Shown here piece by piece: positions 50,866-63,199 of a stretch of DNA of 64,000 nucleotides; position 1 is the first letter of the stretch, and every line of letters starts with the position of its first letter. Position numbers and translations under genes: made by a program. Origin of the DNA: Carcharhinus longimanus (taxonomy: Eukaryota); the NCBI GenBank assembly GCA_030264375.1, contig JASCQW010000146.1, positions 26,345,544 to 26,409,543 on the forward strand, given 5' to 3'. Below the pieces are notes generated by a model that saw only the letters and a list, made by a program, of their open reading frames with translations, was not told where the DNA came from and searched no databases.

Positions 50866-51826
50866 GTATATACATACTTCATCAGCAAAGACTGTGATGT
50901 AATTGTCAATATGCAACTTTAGTTCCTTGGCTCATCATTATGCAGTATAAGAATAAAATGCAGCTAAGAAATTAGTTAATTTTCTTAGGCTTGCCAGCAG
51001 CAAGGGGCCTTGCTGGACAAAACCAGCTGATCAATTTGCATTTTGCAATACTAAAGTTTGAAATAACTTTTGTTACAATACTAAATTTTAAGATTGCACG
51101 CAAAATATTTTCACTTTGGGTAAGTCTCCACCCATAGAGCACACACACTGCTCAGATAAAAAACAGATACGAGCTGCTCAAGTTCAGTTTTTTTGGAACT
51201 ACTACTGTTTTCCAATGATGTGCTACCACTCCTCTACAGCTGCTGCATCATCAAATTTTCCAGTTCCCAATCATGCTCTAAAGGTAGACTATTCATTTGC
51301 CAGTAGACTTTCCGAAGTAGCGGAAATCCCCAAATTACGGTTGCAGGCTATTCGTTCTCTACTCCAATCTGTGTTCATGACAACTATGACTGAGCTGCTG
51401 GAGGAACTGCAGAGCAGAGACAGACTCTGACATTCTATGGAAAGCAAAACAGGATAGAGAGAGACAATTTTGCACTTTACTTGGGTTAATCTTCTGTTTG
51501 TGTAATTTTGCCTCAAATTTTTACCAATTTTACATCAGAATTCCAAATGATTGTATGCAATAAGAAATTCCACCTGAAGACATTTTCCTGTCTTCCTAAA
51601 AAAGCTGTTCAAAACTAATATATTTAATCTCTGGTAGTAACATTAGAAGATAACTCGCCATTCCAAGGTTTAAAAAAGTAGAAGTCAGCATTGTAACTAA
51701 TAGAACATTTAAAAAATAATAAAAATATTGTTTTATTTAAAAATTAAGTGTTTGAACCCCATTTTATGTAATCATTCAGCTTTTCATGAATCTGAAATCA
51801 TCTGCTTCATTCCCTCTCCAACTTAC

Positions 51827-51970
51827 TTCTTCAAAGCGGGCTCGGATAATTGTGATCCAGTGTTTGACAGTGGTCACACAGTCTGGATGGCACACTGCTA
51901 AAATGGCCTCTCCCATACCAGCTGCTTTATTTACATCTACACGCTTCTCTTCCACTTTCTTCATGAATTC
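51827..51970 (-). CDS. MACF1: MACF1 exon ([10 protein letters not shown]...[12 protein letters not shown])
   Basis: 144 nt, CAG/GTAAG, phase 0-0. Confidence 0.95.
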
Positions 51971-52198
51971 CTGGAACATTCAAAAGTTAAAAGTTAACAG
52001 CTCTTGTAAAAGGACACTACATTCAAGAAACCAAAGCTCTGAATGGGATTTGAGTTAAAAAATCTTTAACACTAAACAGATAAAAATATTTCTATTGAAC
52101 ATGAATCTATGGATTAATCTGTAATCCATTTCTACTATCAATGCACTGAACCTTTTAAAGGCAAAGAACTTCACTTCACAATTCAACTGTGCACTCAC

Positions 52199-52327
52199 CT
52201 TGTGTAAATCTATCAAGGACTGCAGAGCCTCCACATCATCTGGTAGAACTCCTCGGAATCGAAGTGACTGTTCGGCCTCAGAAAGCCATTCCAGGAGAGC
52301 GTGGACAGCATTACGGAATTCCTCTGC
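52199..52327 (-). CDS. MACF1: MACF1 exon ([24 protein letters not shown]...IDLHK)
   Basis: 129 nt, CAG/GTGAG, phase 0-0. Confidence 0.95.
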
Positions 52328-52679
52328 CTGTGGCAGAGTTCAATAATGACATACATTAGTTGTCTTCTGATATTTAAATGAGACATTAGAATGTCACAGC
52401 AGTTACATTGATATTTCAAATAAATTCTACGCACATAAAAAAGAAGAAAATCTAATTTTAATTTACAATTAAGTTAGCGCTTCACATTACTTTGAATGAC
52501 CATGAGAAAAGACAATTGTGAATCACTGGGTCTATACAACTACATATGACTATACCACATAAAAGTAATTGATTTTGATAGATGGTTTGCACCCAAATTT
52601 CACTTTAGGAAAAATCCAAATTATTAATCAAAATTCTTCACTTCATAGCAAGAGCTTAGGAACTGCAGATGAGCAGAAG

Positions 52680-53155
52680 CATTTAGACGTCAATGCACAG
52701 AAAATCACTGGAAACTAGCACACCAGGTACAAAATGCAATCCAAATGGCTAAGAAAATCTTGCCTTTACCTCAAAAGGGACTGGAATAAAGAGGGGAGAA
52801 AATTATACTTCAGTCGTACAAAGCCTTGGAACCCATCTGGAGTAATGCATTCAGTTTTGGCACCATACTTCAGGAGGGCAAGTTCACTAGAATGATATCA
52901 GTTCTTAAAAAGGGTTTAATTATGAGGACAACTTACATAAACCTTGTTTGTACATCTTGAGTTTAGAAGTTGAGAGTTGATCTTATCTATGAGATTCAAT
53001 ATCCAGACAAGGGGCTCCAATCTTAAAATTAAAATGTCATTCAGGAGTGAGTTCAGGAAGCATTTTTTCATTTGAAGGGTAACAAAATCCAGAATTCATC
53101 CCCAAAAGGCAGTGGATGCTGGGCAAATTGAAATTTTCAAGACCAAGCTTGATAG
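52680..53155 (+). mobile_element. Old CR1 3' fragment
   Basis: PHLE*CIQFW, RKHFF, AVDAG motifs. Confidence 0.7.
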
Positions 53156-53265
53156 CTGAAGTTCATCCAGGCTCAAAACGTTAGCTCTATTCTATCTACA
53201 CAGATGCTGTCTGGCCTACTGAGTGTTTGCAGCATTTTCTGTTTTTGTTTCAGATTCCAGCACCC
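53155..53265 (+). mobile_element. Penelope-like pseudo-LTR fragment
   Basis: TCATCCAGGCTCAAAACGTTAGCTCT...CAGATGCTGTCTGGCC...CAGATTCCAGCA. Confidence 0.7.
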
Positions 53266-53457
53266 GCAGTGCTTTAATATTACACTGATCTTTTGGTATT
53301 AGTTACAGCATTATCTCCATCAATGAATACAAATTACATCAATGTAAAATTGGGACCAGCATCACAGCAGTATGAAATACTCCATCATACTATATAGGCA
53401 GTTACTGTGCACCTCCTTTGCCTGGTTCTATCATTAATTACTATAATGTGTTCTCAC

Positions 53458-53652
53458 CTGCTTAAGCGCTTGCTCAAGTCGTGTCTGTTTAGAAACAGAG
53501 AGCTTACAGACTGTGTCCCACCGAATGCTCAGTTCCTGCAGCTGAACTTTCACCCACGTCGTATCGTCGCGACTGTTTTCAATCAATTCACGAGCTGACC
53601 GTTTTAGCACTTGTACACTACTGGTTCGCTTACCAAGTTCTTTCTGGAAAAC
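53458..53652 (-). CDS. MACF1: MACF1 exon ([14 protein letters not shown]...LEQALKQ)
   Basis: 195 nt, CAG/GTGAG, phase 0-0. Confidence 0.95.
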
Positions 53653-53857
53653 CTGCACAAAAAAGAAAATGTTTCAATGCTTAATAAGAAATAGAGCTTA
53701 AGAAATCAAAAATTTAACTTAACTTTTCAGCACAAACAAAAAGCCTCAAAATTTGATAGAGACGCATGGCTATATAGGACTGTCGGTTGGCTGTTAGATA
53801 TTTCAACGAAGCAACATAAGGATGGAACGTCATGCTTTCTTAACAAGAACAGTTTAC

Positions 53858-54017
53858 CTTGTGAGCATCCATCAAGTTCATCACTAGATCTAGGTCTCCA
53901 TGAACAGGCTGATCCTCAGCTAACTGTGGTTCAACCTTATAGAGCCAATCAACAAGAGCCTGGAGTGCATCAGTAAACTGTCCTGAAAACAGGAGGGCCT
54001 CCTCCAATTTGTGCTGC
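53858..54017 (-). CDS. MACF1: MACF1 exon ([32 protein letters not shown]...MDAHK)
   Basis: 160 nt, CAG/GTAAAC, phase 2-0. Confidence 0.95.
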
Positions 54018-54478
54018 CTGAACGGGACCAGAAAACAACAATCTTTAATACTTGGTAAAGTTACACTCTTTTAACATTAGGTTTAATCAGTGTGAAACAA
54101 GAATCTGTAGCCAAATTAAACGGATATAGCTTATCAGTAAACAACCTCTATTTTTAAAAAAAGTGACTGCAAGTGAAATTAGATTCAATCTTTGACAAAG
54201 TATCAGTAATCCATCCAGAGTAAAGTTGCAGAGGGATGTCAATAAATATCTAGTTTAATTGGAAAAGCTCTCCATTTCGGCACACAAGTGTATCCAATTT
54301 CACAGGACATATATTAAAACCAGTCAGCATACAGTAAATCCAGTGACAGCAATGTTGTCTGTTTCTAAGTCACTAGTTATGACTAAATACATTACAGTAT
54401 ACTAATAACTCTCTTGGTTGGGAAATTTCACTTGATCCTAGACAACAATAAGCTAAAAACATATTTATTCCTCCTTAC

Positions 54479-54648
54479 CTCTCCACAGATTTACCACAGA
54501 CAGTGTCCCACTTATCTCGCACTTCTCCCAACAGATTATCCAATTTCTGACGGTCATCTGTAAGCAAGGCTTTATCTTTCATGGAGCGGCCCATTCGGAT
54601 TGTGGTATCATATACAGGCTGTTTCCCACCCAGAGTTTTTTGGAAATC
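54479..54648 (-). CDS. MACF1: MACF1 exon ([18 protein letters not shown]...CGKSVER)
   Basis: 170 nt, AAG acceptor, GTAAG donor, phase 0-2. Confidence 0.92.
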
Positions 54649-55384
54649 CTTGTTTGAATTTAAAAAGAGCACAGCAATGTTGGAAATGCGAAAGTACAGA
54701 GTAACAAATCAGATCTCAATTTGGCAATCACAGACTTGATCATTAACGTATTCACATTTTTGAGTTAATGCCTAAAATGTTTTATTTAATTGCCATTGGG
54801 ACATTTCAAATCAGGTTACATGTGACATTATATGATTAGGTTCCAAATCTTGTAACTGAATTTGCAAAATTATATTTGAAGGATCTAAATGCTTTGAAAC
54901 AATATTGATTTGAGGACTGGACATCTGGGGAAACATTAAAACTACTCACTTGCAAAGACTTTTATCTAACCCCATGTTTTAAAACAAGAACTACTTTTTC
55001 ATTCAGAAATACTGTATAGATTTAGTTACAGTTGTCCCTGTAGTTTGATGAATTTAATCCTTTTGCCTGCATTAAGTTCTGACTAAAAGGCTCCAAGTTT
55101 GGCACCTATCTTGCACTCACTATCTTTCTGGTTTATACAATAAAGGAAAACTTCAAAATGATAAGGCATGAATAAATGTCAACTTTGCAACTGCACAGCC
55201 ACTTGGATAAGTATGCAAAGGTTTGCAGATCACCAAGTAGCAAACTGTAAACATAAGCTCATCTCAGTTAACAATACACTAAGTGATGCTACACACTCGG
55301 GCAAAAAGTGAAAATTGTTCACTAACTGACAATGAATGGTTAAAGACTAGACTATGGTATGTTCAACTATTACTTTGCTTATAT

Positions 55385-56408
55385 TTGCAGAATTGGATCC
55401 AAAATTGGCTCTGTCAGGAAACAAAGGGTAATGGTCAATGGGTGTTTTTGCAAATGAGAAGTGGTCTCCAGTGGCACTTCACAAGGCTCAATGTTGCAGG
55501 CCTTGCTGCTTATATACATTAATAATTTGGACTCAAATGTGGGAAGCACGATTGGAAAGTTTGTAGATGGCAGAAAAATTGGTGGTGTGGTTGATAGTGA
55601 AGAGGATAGCTGTTGTCTCCAGAATTATATCACTGGTTTGCTTGCGTGGCTGGAAAAGTGGCAAATAGAATTTAATCTGGAAAATTGTGAGGGAATACTT
55701 TTGGGAACCACAAGCAAAGCTAGGGGATACTCAATAAATGGGAAGGTGTTGAGTGGGATTGAGGAAGTGACAGTACATATCTAAAGGTCCTTAAAGTGGC
55801 AGGACAAATCATACAAGAATGTTTTCCTTAACTGGGCATGGTACTGAATACAAAAGGGCATAATGCTGAAACTGTATAACACACTGGTTAAGGCACAGTT
55901 GGAATTTTGTGCATAGTTCCAGTCACCACATTACAAGGACACAATTGCTCTGGAGAAATTAGAGGGGGTTTACAAGAATGTTGCCATGGCTTGAAAATTG
56001 CAACTATGACAAAGATTGGATAGACTGGATTGTTTTTGTTAGAATAGAGGAGACTGAAGGGTTACCTAATTGAAGTGTATAAAATTGTGAAGACCCAAGA
56101 TGGGGTAGATAAAAAAGACCCGTTTCCCCTGAGCTGAGGGGTCAGTTACTAGGGACACAGACTTAAGGTGATTGATAGAAGGAACATGAGGGCAGCAAGT
56201 GCCTGAAATTCACGACCCAAATGGTGTTTGTGGCTGAAGTGTTTAAAAAATATTTTGATCTGCAGCTAAAGTGCTGAAATCTGCAAGGCAATGGACCGGG
56301 TGTTAGAAAGTGGAATTAATATGAAACACACCTAGTTTTTCCCCCTTTTTTGGCTGGCTCCAACCCAATGGGCTGAATGTCCTGTGTTGTAACCTTTCTA
56401 TGGTTCTA
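55385..56408 (+). mobile_element. CR1 3' half, decayed
   Basis: SGTSQGSML, IYINNLD, KFVDG, WQIEFNLENC, RRLKGYLIEVYKI, TRGH. Confidence 0.9.
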
Positions 56409-57131
56409 TATAGGAGGAAACTGCTGGCTTTTATTATTTGGATCATTCTGTCCTATTTGTAACAGGAATTGGAAATTGACAATTTGGATTAAATGGCATA
56501 TATTTTTTTCTGGTGAGACTTGCTAACACCTAGTTCTCTAAGTATTGGATAGAATTTCCATCAATTCAAACCCTAGCAAACTAGAGTCAAATTGTGAAGT
56601 GAGAAAAAATTGCTGATGCCAATCCACATATCAGAAAATTCTTGCTTTTTTAAAACTGAAAGTGTACAGTTAAAAGGTCTGCATGTAACAATATCCTGCC
56701 TTCTTGGCTGTTAGTATAGTTATCTAAATTACATTTCTCTTCTTGAAAAATCACCATTTCTCATTTTGATTAGCAAACAGTTGTTTTTTTTTGCATGAAA
56801 TCTTCCTTACTGATTGTGTCCAACTGCCTGAACTGGATGGTGGGGTGCCAAACCACAAGGGACCAAGTAGGTTCCATGTCCAAGTGAAATTCGATAATCT
56901 CAAACAGTACAGCATTGAGGGTGTTAAAACTGGCCTCAGCATTCCTCAGAGGCTGTTAGAAGGTCACTATCATCAACAGGGGGTAGGCAAAGGGAATATG
57001 TGAAGGTGGGGGGGTGGGGTGGGGGGAAAGAGGTGGGTGGGTGGTGGGGGGAGGAGGAAGAAATGAAAATTGCCGTTTGAACCTGAAGGAATCAGGACCA
57101 GTTTTCTGGAATGGAGCATTGGATTTCTTAC

Positions 57132-57251
57132 CTTGTGTTTTGACAGCTGCAATTTAATTTTATCTGGATCATTGGAAATTTCAAGATCGGTGTCCAGGTT
57201 GTTTTCTGCTTCCTCAAGCCAATCAATCAATTTTTTCCAGGCTTCATAGAA
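57132..57251 (-). CDS. MACF1: MACF1 exon ([16 protein letters not shown]...QLSKHK)
   Basis: 120 nt, CAG/GTAAG, phase 0-0. Confidence 0.95.
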
Positions 57252-58341
57252 CTGAAGTTACAAAAACACAATGCTCTGAATTAAACTCACTTGGGTCAAA
57301 ATCAAAATAAACATTTTTGTCAAGAAGTTGCAATAGAACCCATTTGTGTTTTGTATCATCACAAACTATTTGCACCATTAAAACAGTTGGGTGCAAGGGC
57401 CAGACAGAGCTGCGTAAGGTAAATTATTCCAAAAGCTAAAGGCTTTCAAAAATTAGCAAAAAATTCTTGGGGTAAACGTGGGTCAACCTTTGCATCCAAA
57501 TTGCTCAATATTTTGGAACAGCTGTTTTCAGTTCCAGGCACATTATCAAATTGAGTGAAGATACAAAAATGGTTCAAGTGTCTTGTCACTGCTCATGTTA
57601 CAGTGCATATCAGTTTTTAAAATTACATATCCATATTCTTTGAAGTATTAATAACAAAATTAAACTAAAACAAACCGTTTTAAGCAGAGTAACCCAAACT
57701 AGAAATTATAATTTAAGTTTAATTGATTCTGCCTTCCTCCAGTGCAGAATCTTCACCATAAGTCTAGGGAAAGTGGGAAATGTTATTGTAAACCAAATAC
57801 TGTCAAGTATTTTCAAGGGAGTGTATTAAATAGTGTTACTGACAGGCTTGAAGGAGAGCTCTGCAGGGTGAAATGTTCCCCTCCCTACATAAGGATCATA
57901 ATATGGACAAGGTGGCTTGCATTTTGTGATGGAGCATTATGGATATATCAAGTACATTAATCTTTATTCCAATAATTAAATAGAATCATGTGAGTGTATC
58001 CTAAACATATTGGATTTTGCTTTCTGCTAATATGAGAAGTTTGAGGAAAAAATGTGCTTTCTTATCATGCTTTTCATGACTACCAGGGCAGGAAGTATTT
58101 CTTAAGTATAATTATTGTTGTATTGCAGGAATCACAGCAGGTAATGTCCAGACAATCTGACTTCTGTGATGTTAATTTAGGAATAAACATTGGCCATAGG
58201 ATCTTTAACATCCGTTCAATGGGTCTCAGTATTACCGTTATGTCCACCTTGATTTCTGCCTGGAGTGGGTCAGAATTAGGTCACAGGTATTTTTGAAGAC
58301 ATTTCTCTCATATATGACATCTGTCAATATTTTGCACCAAT

Positions 58342-58500
58342 GCAGTAGAGGTGGTGGTATTGTCACTGGAGTCGTGATCCAGGGTAAAACTCTGGGGCCC
58401 TAGGTTCAAATCTCACAATATTGAATTTGAATTCAATAAAAACCTGGAACTGAAAGTCTAATGATGACCATGAAATCATTGTAGTTTGTCATAAAAATAC
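58342..58500 (+). mobile_element. tRNA-derived SINE 5' fragment
   Basis: GTGGTGGTATTGTCACTGGA...GGTTCAAATCTCAC...GAATTTGAATTCAATAAA; a related copy lies at about 45800-45915. Confidence 0.55.
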
Positions 58501-59155
58501 TATAATCAAGGTTATGGTACCCAGAGTAGTTTCATTATGGTCGCATTAATGATTGCTGCACTGCCTGGATTGAAGACTTAAACTGGCCAGCCTAGAGAGT
58601 TTAGTTGTCCCAGGAACAAAGAGGATTTTGGAGAAGTTGACAGAATATAAACTACGAGCAATGTTATTAATCAGCTATTGTCATATGCGAGTTTAATCTC
58701 CTCACTTGGTCTTTAAACTTGTTAAAAACAAAAAAAAAAACTTGTATTCATGCAACATTGTCTCAAGAGTTTTATAGAACAACATTTGACGCTGAGCTAC
58801 ATGAAGCGATATTAAGCAGTGCTAACTGTTGGTCAAGGAAGTAGGTTTAAAGAAGCACTGACAATCAGCAGCGCCAAAGGCTGCAGACAGGTCAAGAAGT
58901 ACAAGGATGGCAGGCTCACTTTTGTCAAGGTCACCTAGCATACTATTTGTCATTTGAGAAGGCCCATTTCACTGATGAGGCAAAGGTAGAAATCAGACCG
59001 TAGGGATTCAAATATGGCATGCTGGGAAAGATGGGCATAGATTTGGGAAGCAGCAACATGTTCCAACATAATAAACAAATCTTCTCATACAAGTGCTTTT
59101 GGCAAAAAGGCCAGGAAAAATCCAGTCTGCAAATATTCACACTGATCCTGCATAC

Positions 59156-59362
59156 CTGCTTTGCACGTTTTCTGGCCTCATCAAGTGCTCTTCCTCTCTC
59201 GACAGAGCGCTGTACCACTTTCTCCCAACGTGACTGCACACTGAAGAGAAGGTTCTTTATCAGAACCACATCTTGTTTTTGGCTAAGAAACTTCAACTGA
59301 TTTCCAGTTTTATCCAGGTCAATGATTTGGTCACGATGAGAATTTACTTCATTAGCAAAAAT
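59156..59362 (-). CDS. MACF1: MACF1 exon, spectrin repeat ([14 protein letters not shown]...DEARKRAKQ)
   Basis: 207 nt, CAG/GTATG, phase 0-0; lies within ORF 58943..59383. Confidence 0.95.
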
Positions 59363-59970
59363 CTGGAAAATAGCAACAGGCATTACCTAAACCTCTCTGC
59401 AAGGTATTTCTTTATCTTTGCCTTGTTTTGCATTCTCAGGTCTCATTAGGCAATAGATAGAAAACATGTTGCAAGTACTCTGCAGGTACTGCTTTTTAAC
59501 TGGTCATTAGGAAGTATCTCACTGTTCCCTGCGAATTATTCTGTTATTAACGTTTTCTTCATGCAGAGAAACCCACAATATCACAGCTGAGATTAGGAAT
59601 AAAGGGTACAAGCCCTCTGCCGAGAATTTAATAGTGTGTACTGATGACCACAGCAAACAGCAAAATGTTATTTCATTATGAGTACATTGTATTATTATAT
59701 ATCCTATCACAGGAGAGATATGTTTGAACACTTTCGTTATTTTATTAAGAATTTTGTTGAATGGATTGTTAAAATAAACATTTGTATTCTTCACATCACT
59801 CCATTATTGATTTATGAATTGTTGAAAGTACAATGTATTTTCATAAACTATTAAGAGTAAAGTAAAAGTAGAAACGTTTTGGTGTGTGGACATGCTTTAT
59901 AAGATCCTGAAGTGCGGCAGTTGTCAATACACATCTTCAAGATTCTGAATTACTGCAGTCCTCCTAACTC

Positions 59971-60240
59971 TAGCATTGAGCAGTCACCCAGTTCTTGACC
60001 TCAGTATTGAAGCAGGTGCCTGGTTCCTGATCCCAGTATCGAGCAGTCGCCTCTTTCCCAAAACCAGTATTGAACAGTCACCCGGTTCTTACCCTCAGTA
60101 GTTGCCCAGTTCCTGACCCCAATATTGAGCAGCTGTCCCTTTCTTATCTCAGTATCGAGCAGGCAACTCATCCCCATTCTGAATATCGAGTAATCACCCT
60201 GTTTCCCCTCCAAGAAGTGTATTGAAGCAGTCTTGTCATT
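59971..60240. repeat. Degenerate minisatellite, unit about 31 bp, about 8-9 copies
   Basis: Recurrent CAGTATYGAGCAGTCACCCNGTTCYTGACC. Confidence 0.85.
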
Positions 60241-60348
60241 CTTCATCCCTTGGACTGAGGCAATGCCGCTTGTACTATCCTCAAACCCAAACATGAGACT
60301 GCCTGCCATCCTTAGCTCTAATCCAGTACCCAAAGTCTAATCCAGTAC

Positions 60349-60504
60349 CTTGTGCTCATCTATCTGGAAAAGGACTGTATCGACGATAAGACTAGGAGGC
60401 GGTGCGACGTTCAGATTTTGCTCTGCTTGAGTAAGCCAATTAATGAAATCCTGCAAGGAATTCTGAAACTCTGTTGCAAGATTGAGAGCCTCCTCTAGCT
60501 TGGT
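60349..60504 (-). CDS. MACF1: MACF1 exon, spectrin repeat ([29 protein letters not shown]...QIDEHK)
   Basis: 156 nt, CAG/GTACTG, phase 0-0. Confidence 0.93.
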
Positions 60505-60525
60505 CTGAAAAGGAAAAAAACAGGA

Positions 60526-60668
60526 GTCATAGAATGGTTACAGCACAGAAGGCAGCCATTTGGCTCACTGAGTTTGTGCTGGCTCTCTCAAAGTGCAATT
60601 CAGCTAATCCCATCCTTCTCCACCTTTTCCCTGTGTTCCTGCAATTCTTTTCTTTCCAGATAATTATC
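60526..60668 (-). mobile_element. CR1/SINE 3' tail
   Basis: GTCATAGAATGGTTACAGCACAGAAGGCAGCCATTTGGC, reverse of a CR1-type tail. Confidence 0.65.
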
Positions 60669-60837
60669 TAGTTTGATAAAAATATAGAATTGCTAGAGAG
60701 AAATACTGAATACAACAGGAGCTAAAATTATGTTATTAAAAATCTTCATCTTATTTGGAATTACGGTGGAATATGTTTTTAAATAAATATTGCTAATCTC
60801 CCACTTCTGATGCAGTTAATATTGTTGGCCATCCTAC

Positions 60838-61008
60838 CTTCTTTTCTGCCATCTTTGTGCTCATCGATTGCCACTTCTGTTCTAATAATGTGACACACTG
60901 TTCAACATTAGATCCTGTAGCGTCATCTCGAGTACTCAATAAAAGCCGGCCCTTCTCGTGCAAGTTTTTATATGTCTCCTCATTAGCACAGAACTCTCTG
61001 TGGAGTTC
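60838..61008 (-). CDS. MACF1: MACF1 exon, spectrin repeat (ELHREFCANEETYKNLHEKGRLLL...LEQKWQSMSTKMAEKK)
   Basis: 171 nt, TAG acceptor, GTAGG donor, phase 0-0. Confidence 0.9.
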
Positions 61009-61877
61009 CTAAAAAAACAGAAAGCAATCATTACAATTAACCCTTGTGATTGCCCATTGTTAACATATTCAAAAAAGTTTCCTTTCACTCAGCTTTTTGA
61101 GGATCTTATGCATACATACACATATATATTTTATGAAATCATTCCATAACTTTGTCATGCATCATTCACAGCAGAAGATACTGGCAAATATTTGTAACTG
61201 ATGTGCCATGGTTGAATTGTTCTATTCTGAAGTTTAAATGTACAGGGAAAGCTGCTTGATATCTGGCATTTTGAGTGTTTACATTTTTATGGAACACAAG
61301 AAACTACGTATGGCTACTGAGAGACACCTCAAATGCAGTTGTCCATCATCTTAACTAAATAAAACAGTAACAGAATTTCCTATAATGGTATTAACATATT
61401 GGCCTGAATCTTCTAGTCTTTAGACTGTCAGAGATCAGAGGCATGCCCAAATGTATACCATGGGACCAGACCCTGTGAAAGTCCTGATGCAAACTAATGT
61501 GCATCGGATTCCACTGATCACTGATGATGTCATTCCTCGGAAGATCTAGGTCATCAATAACATATCAGAATTTCAGCCCAAATGTTTAACATTGACTAAT
61601 ATTAGGCATTAATACGACTGGTCCAAGTTTAAATATAACATTTGCCTAACTGCTTGATACAATGCAGATCAGCTTCTGCATTCTTTATATCTTGAAGGAA
61701 AACTCAATATAATTTGTAAACCAACACAATATGCACATTTTTTAAAAAAAGTGATTGGATGGTTATCTGCACTATGATACTGTATTTCTAAGAAATGTAT
61801 TTTAAATCACGTATCTGTTTTAGCAGTTTGCTTTACTAACACCGGTGCAGCTGGGTCGACATCCGGAAGCCCTGTAT

Positions 61878-62552
61878 TGTTACTGCAGCATCATAATTGC
61901 TCCTAATTGCTAGAATGTTTGTCTTAACCTGAATTAGTGCTATTTTTAATGTTTTTCCCTAGGGATTTGCAGCATAGGCCTTGATTAGGTTGACTGACAG
62001 GAAAATCAGGTGACTAGGTGGAGCTAGGCTTACACAGAGATATCAAGCTCAGGGCTTTTTGGGAGCTCTGAGTCTCTCCAAAGTCTGGAGACTGGAATCT
62101 GCCAGAGACTAGGTTTATTTTTCTGAACTTCTGCTGTTTAAGGATATATTGTTCCCTGGAAACTGCTGTCTTGATCTCTGTCCAGAGGTGTTAAAAGCCT
62201 GGAAATCTAGCATCCATGTTAGTACATCTGTTTGTGGTGCTAACTGGTTCTGAAGAAGGGCTTAATGTCTATGGGGCATTCTGCTTATAATGGAACTATA
62301 GAGATAGCTAGCTGTTAAGAGTTATAACTTGTCATGTTAAAGCATTTAAATTGGTAAATGTTATCCTAATTCTTCTGTTGTATTCTAACTGGGTTCTTAA
62401 ATAAACTTTGTTTTGATAAATACTTCCTAGTGGGTCAGTTGAATCATACCTGGAATGAAGTATCTTATGCTCACCCTAATGCCAAAGTCATAAAAGTTGG
62501 GTCTAGGCTATCTTCATAATATACCTTGGAGTTCATGAACTGGTCCCCAACA
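61878..62552. mobile_element. Possible solo LTR
   Basis: TGTTA start, AACA end, internal AATAAA at about 62400; no matching TSD. Confidence 0.35.
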
Positions 62553-63199
62553 ACACCATGATCTCTTGGAAATTTCCCAGAATTAATTTGGGGGAAGAAA
62601 AGATAAAATTGACTGGGACCACTCTAGAGCGTATTGTACTGACTATTTACAGAACGTAGTAAATGTTTACTCAGGGAAAATTATGGAAACTGGAAAAACA
62701 TTGTAGAAAGTACAACTTTTTTCCCAATGAAGTATTCTGCTAAATGCTCTTGTACATGAAGTATTGAGCTTATAATTGGGATAATCCTCTCAATTCTGGT
62801 TGAGGCATTATTGTCAGTTATCTTGTCATATGAAGTTTCGTTCCTAAATATTTTAGGAGTTTAAACTTTTGAATTATTAACTCAGGATTTAAACTGGCAT
62901 TTTGTGTGGGATGCTGGATTAAAGGTATTGGACGGTGGCCTGTTACAACTTATCTCTTGCAGTCAATTGCTTTTGTAACAAATTTCCACTGGCAGTCTAT
63001 TAATGAGATGAAAGTTGACAAGTCTAATTCTGTGACTGTGAACTTGCCTTTGAATTTCCATTTTGTAATTTGATCTATTTTTCCTCCTCCATTTTTTGTC
63101 TTCACTAAGCTAATTTTTCCATCAGAAGAGGAATTACATGAAATATATTGAATATTTGCATTGGTCAGTTTCCCCATATATGCTGGTGGCACCCATTTT

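Larger units (their letters stand above)
14903..61008 (-). other. MACF1: MACF1 (microtubule-actin crosslinking factor 1) gene, 3' portion, 22 coding exons; gene continues beyond the right edge
   Basis: Spliced translation gives spectrin repeats, EF-hands, GAR and tail. The tail ([23 protein letters not shown]...[37 protein letters not shown]; [14 protein letters not shown]) matches MACF1 rather than the paralog DST, as recalled. All junctions are GT-AG and phase-consistent. Confidence 0.95.

Noticed and set aside
54649-54651. AAG acceptor as non-canonical splicing
   Set aside because: Uncommon but still a GT-AG intron; protein homology fixes the boundary
59971-60240. CRISPR-like array
   Set aside because: Eukaryotic intron, repeats not identical, spacers homologous to each other, no cas genes
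14903-61008. Assignment to DST (dystonin) instead of MACF1
   Set aside because: C-terminal exons match MACF1-type motifs ([47 protein letters not shown])
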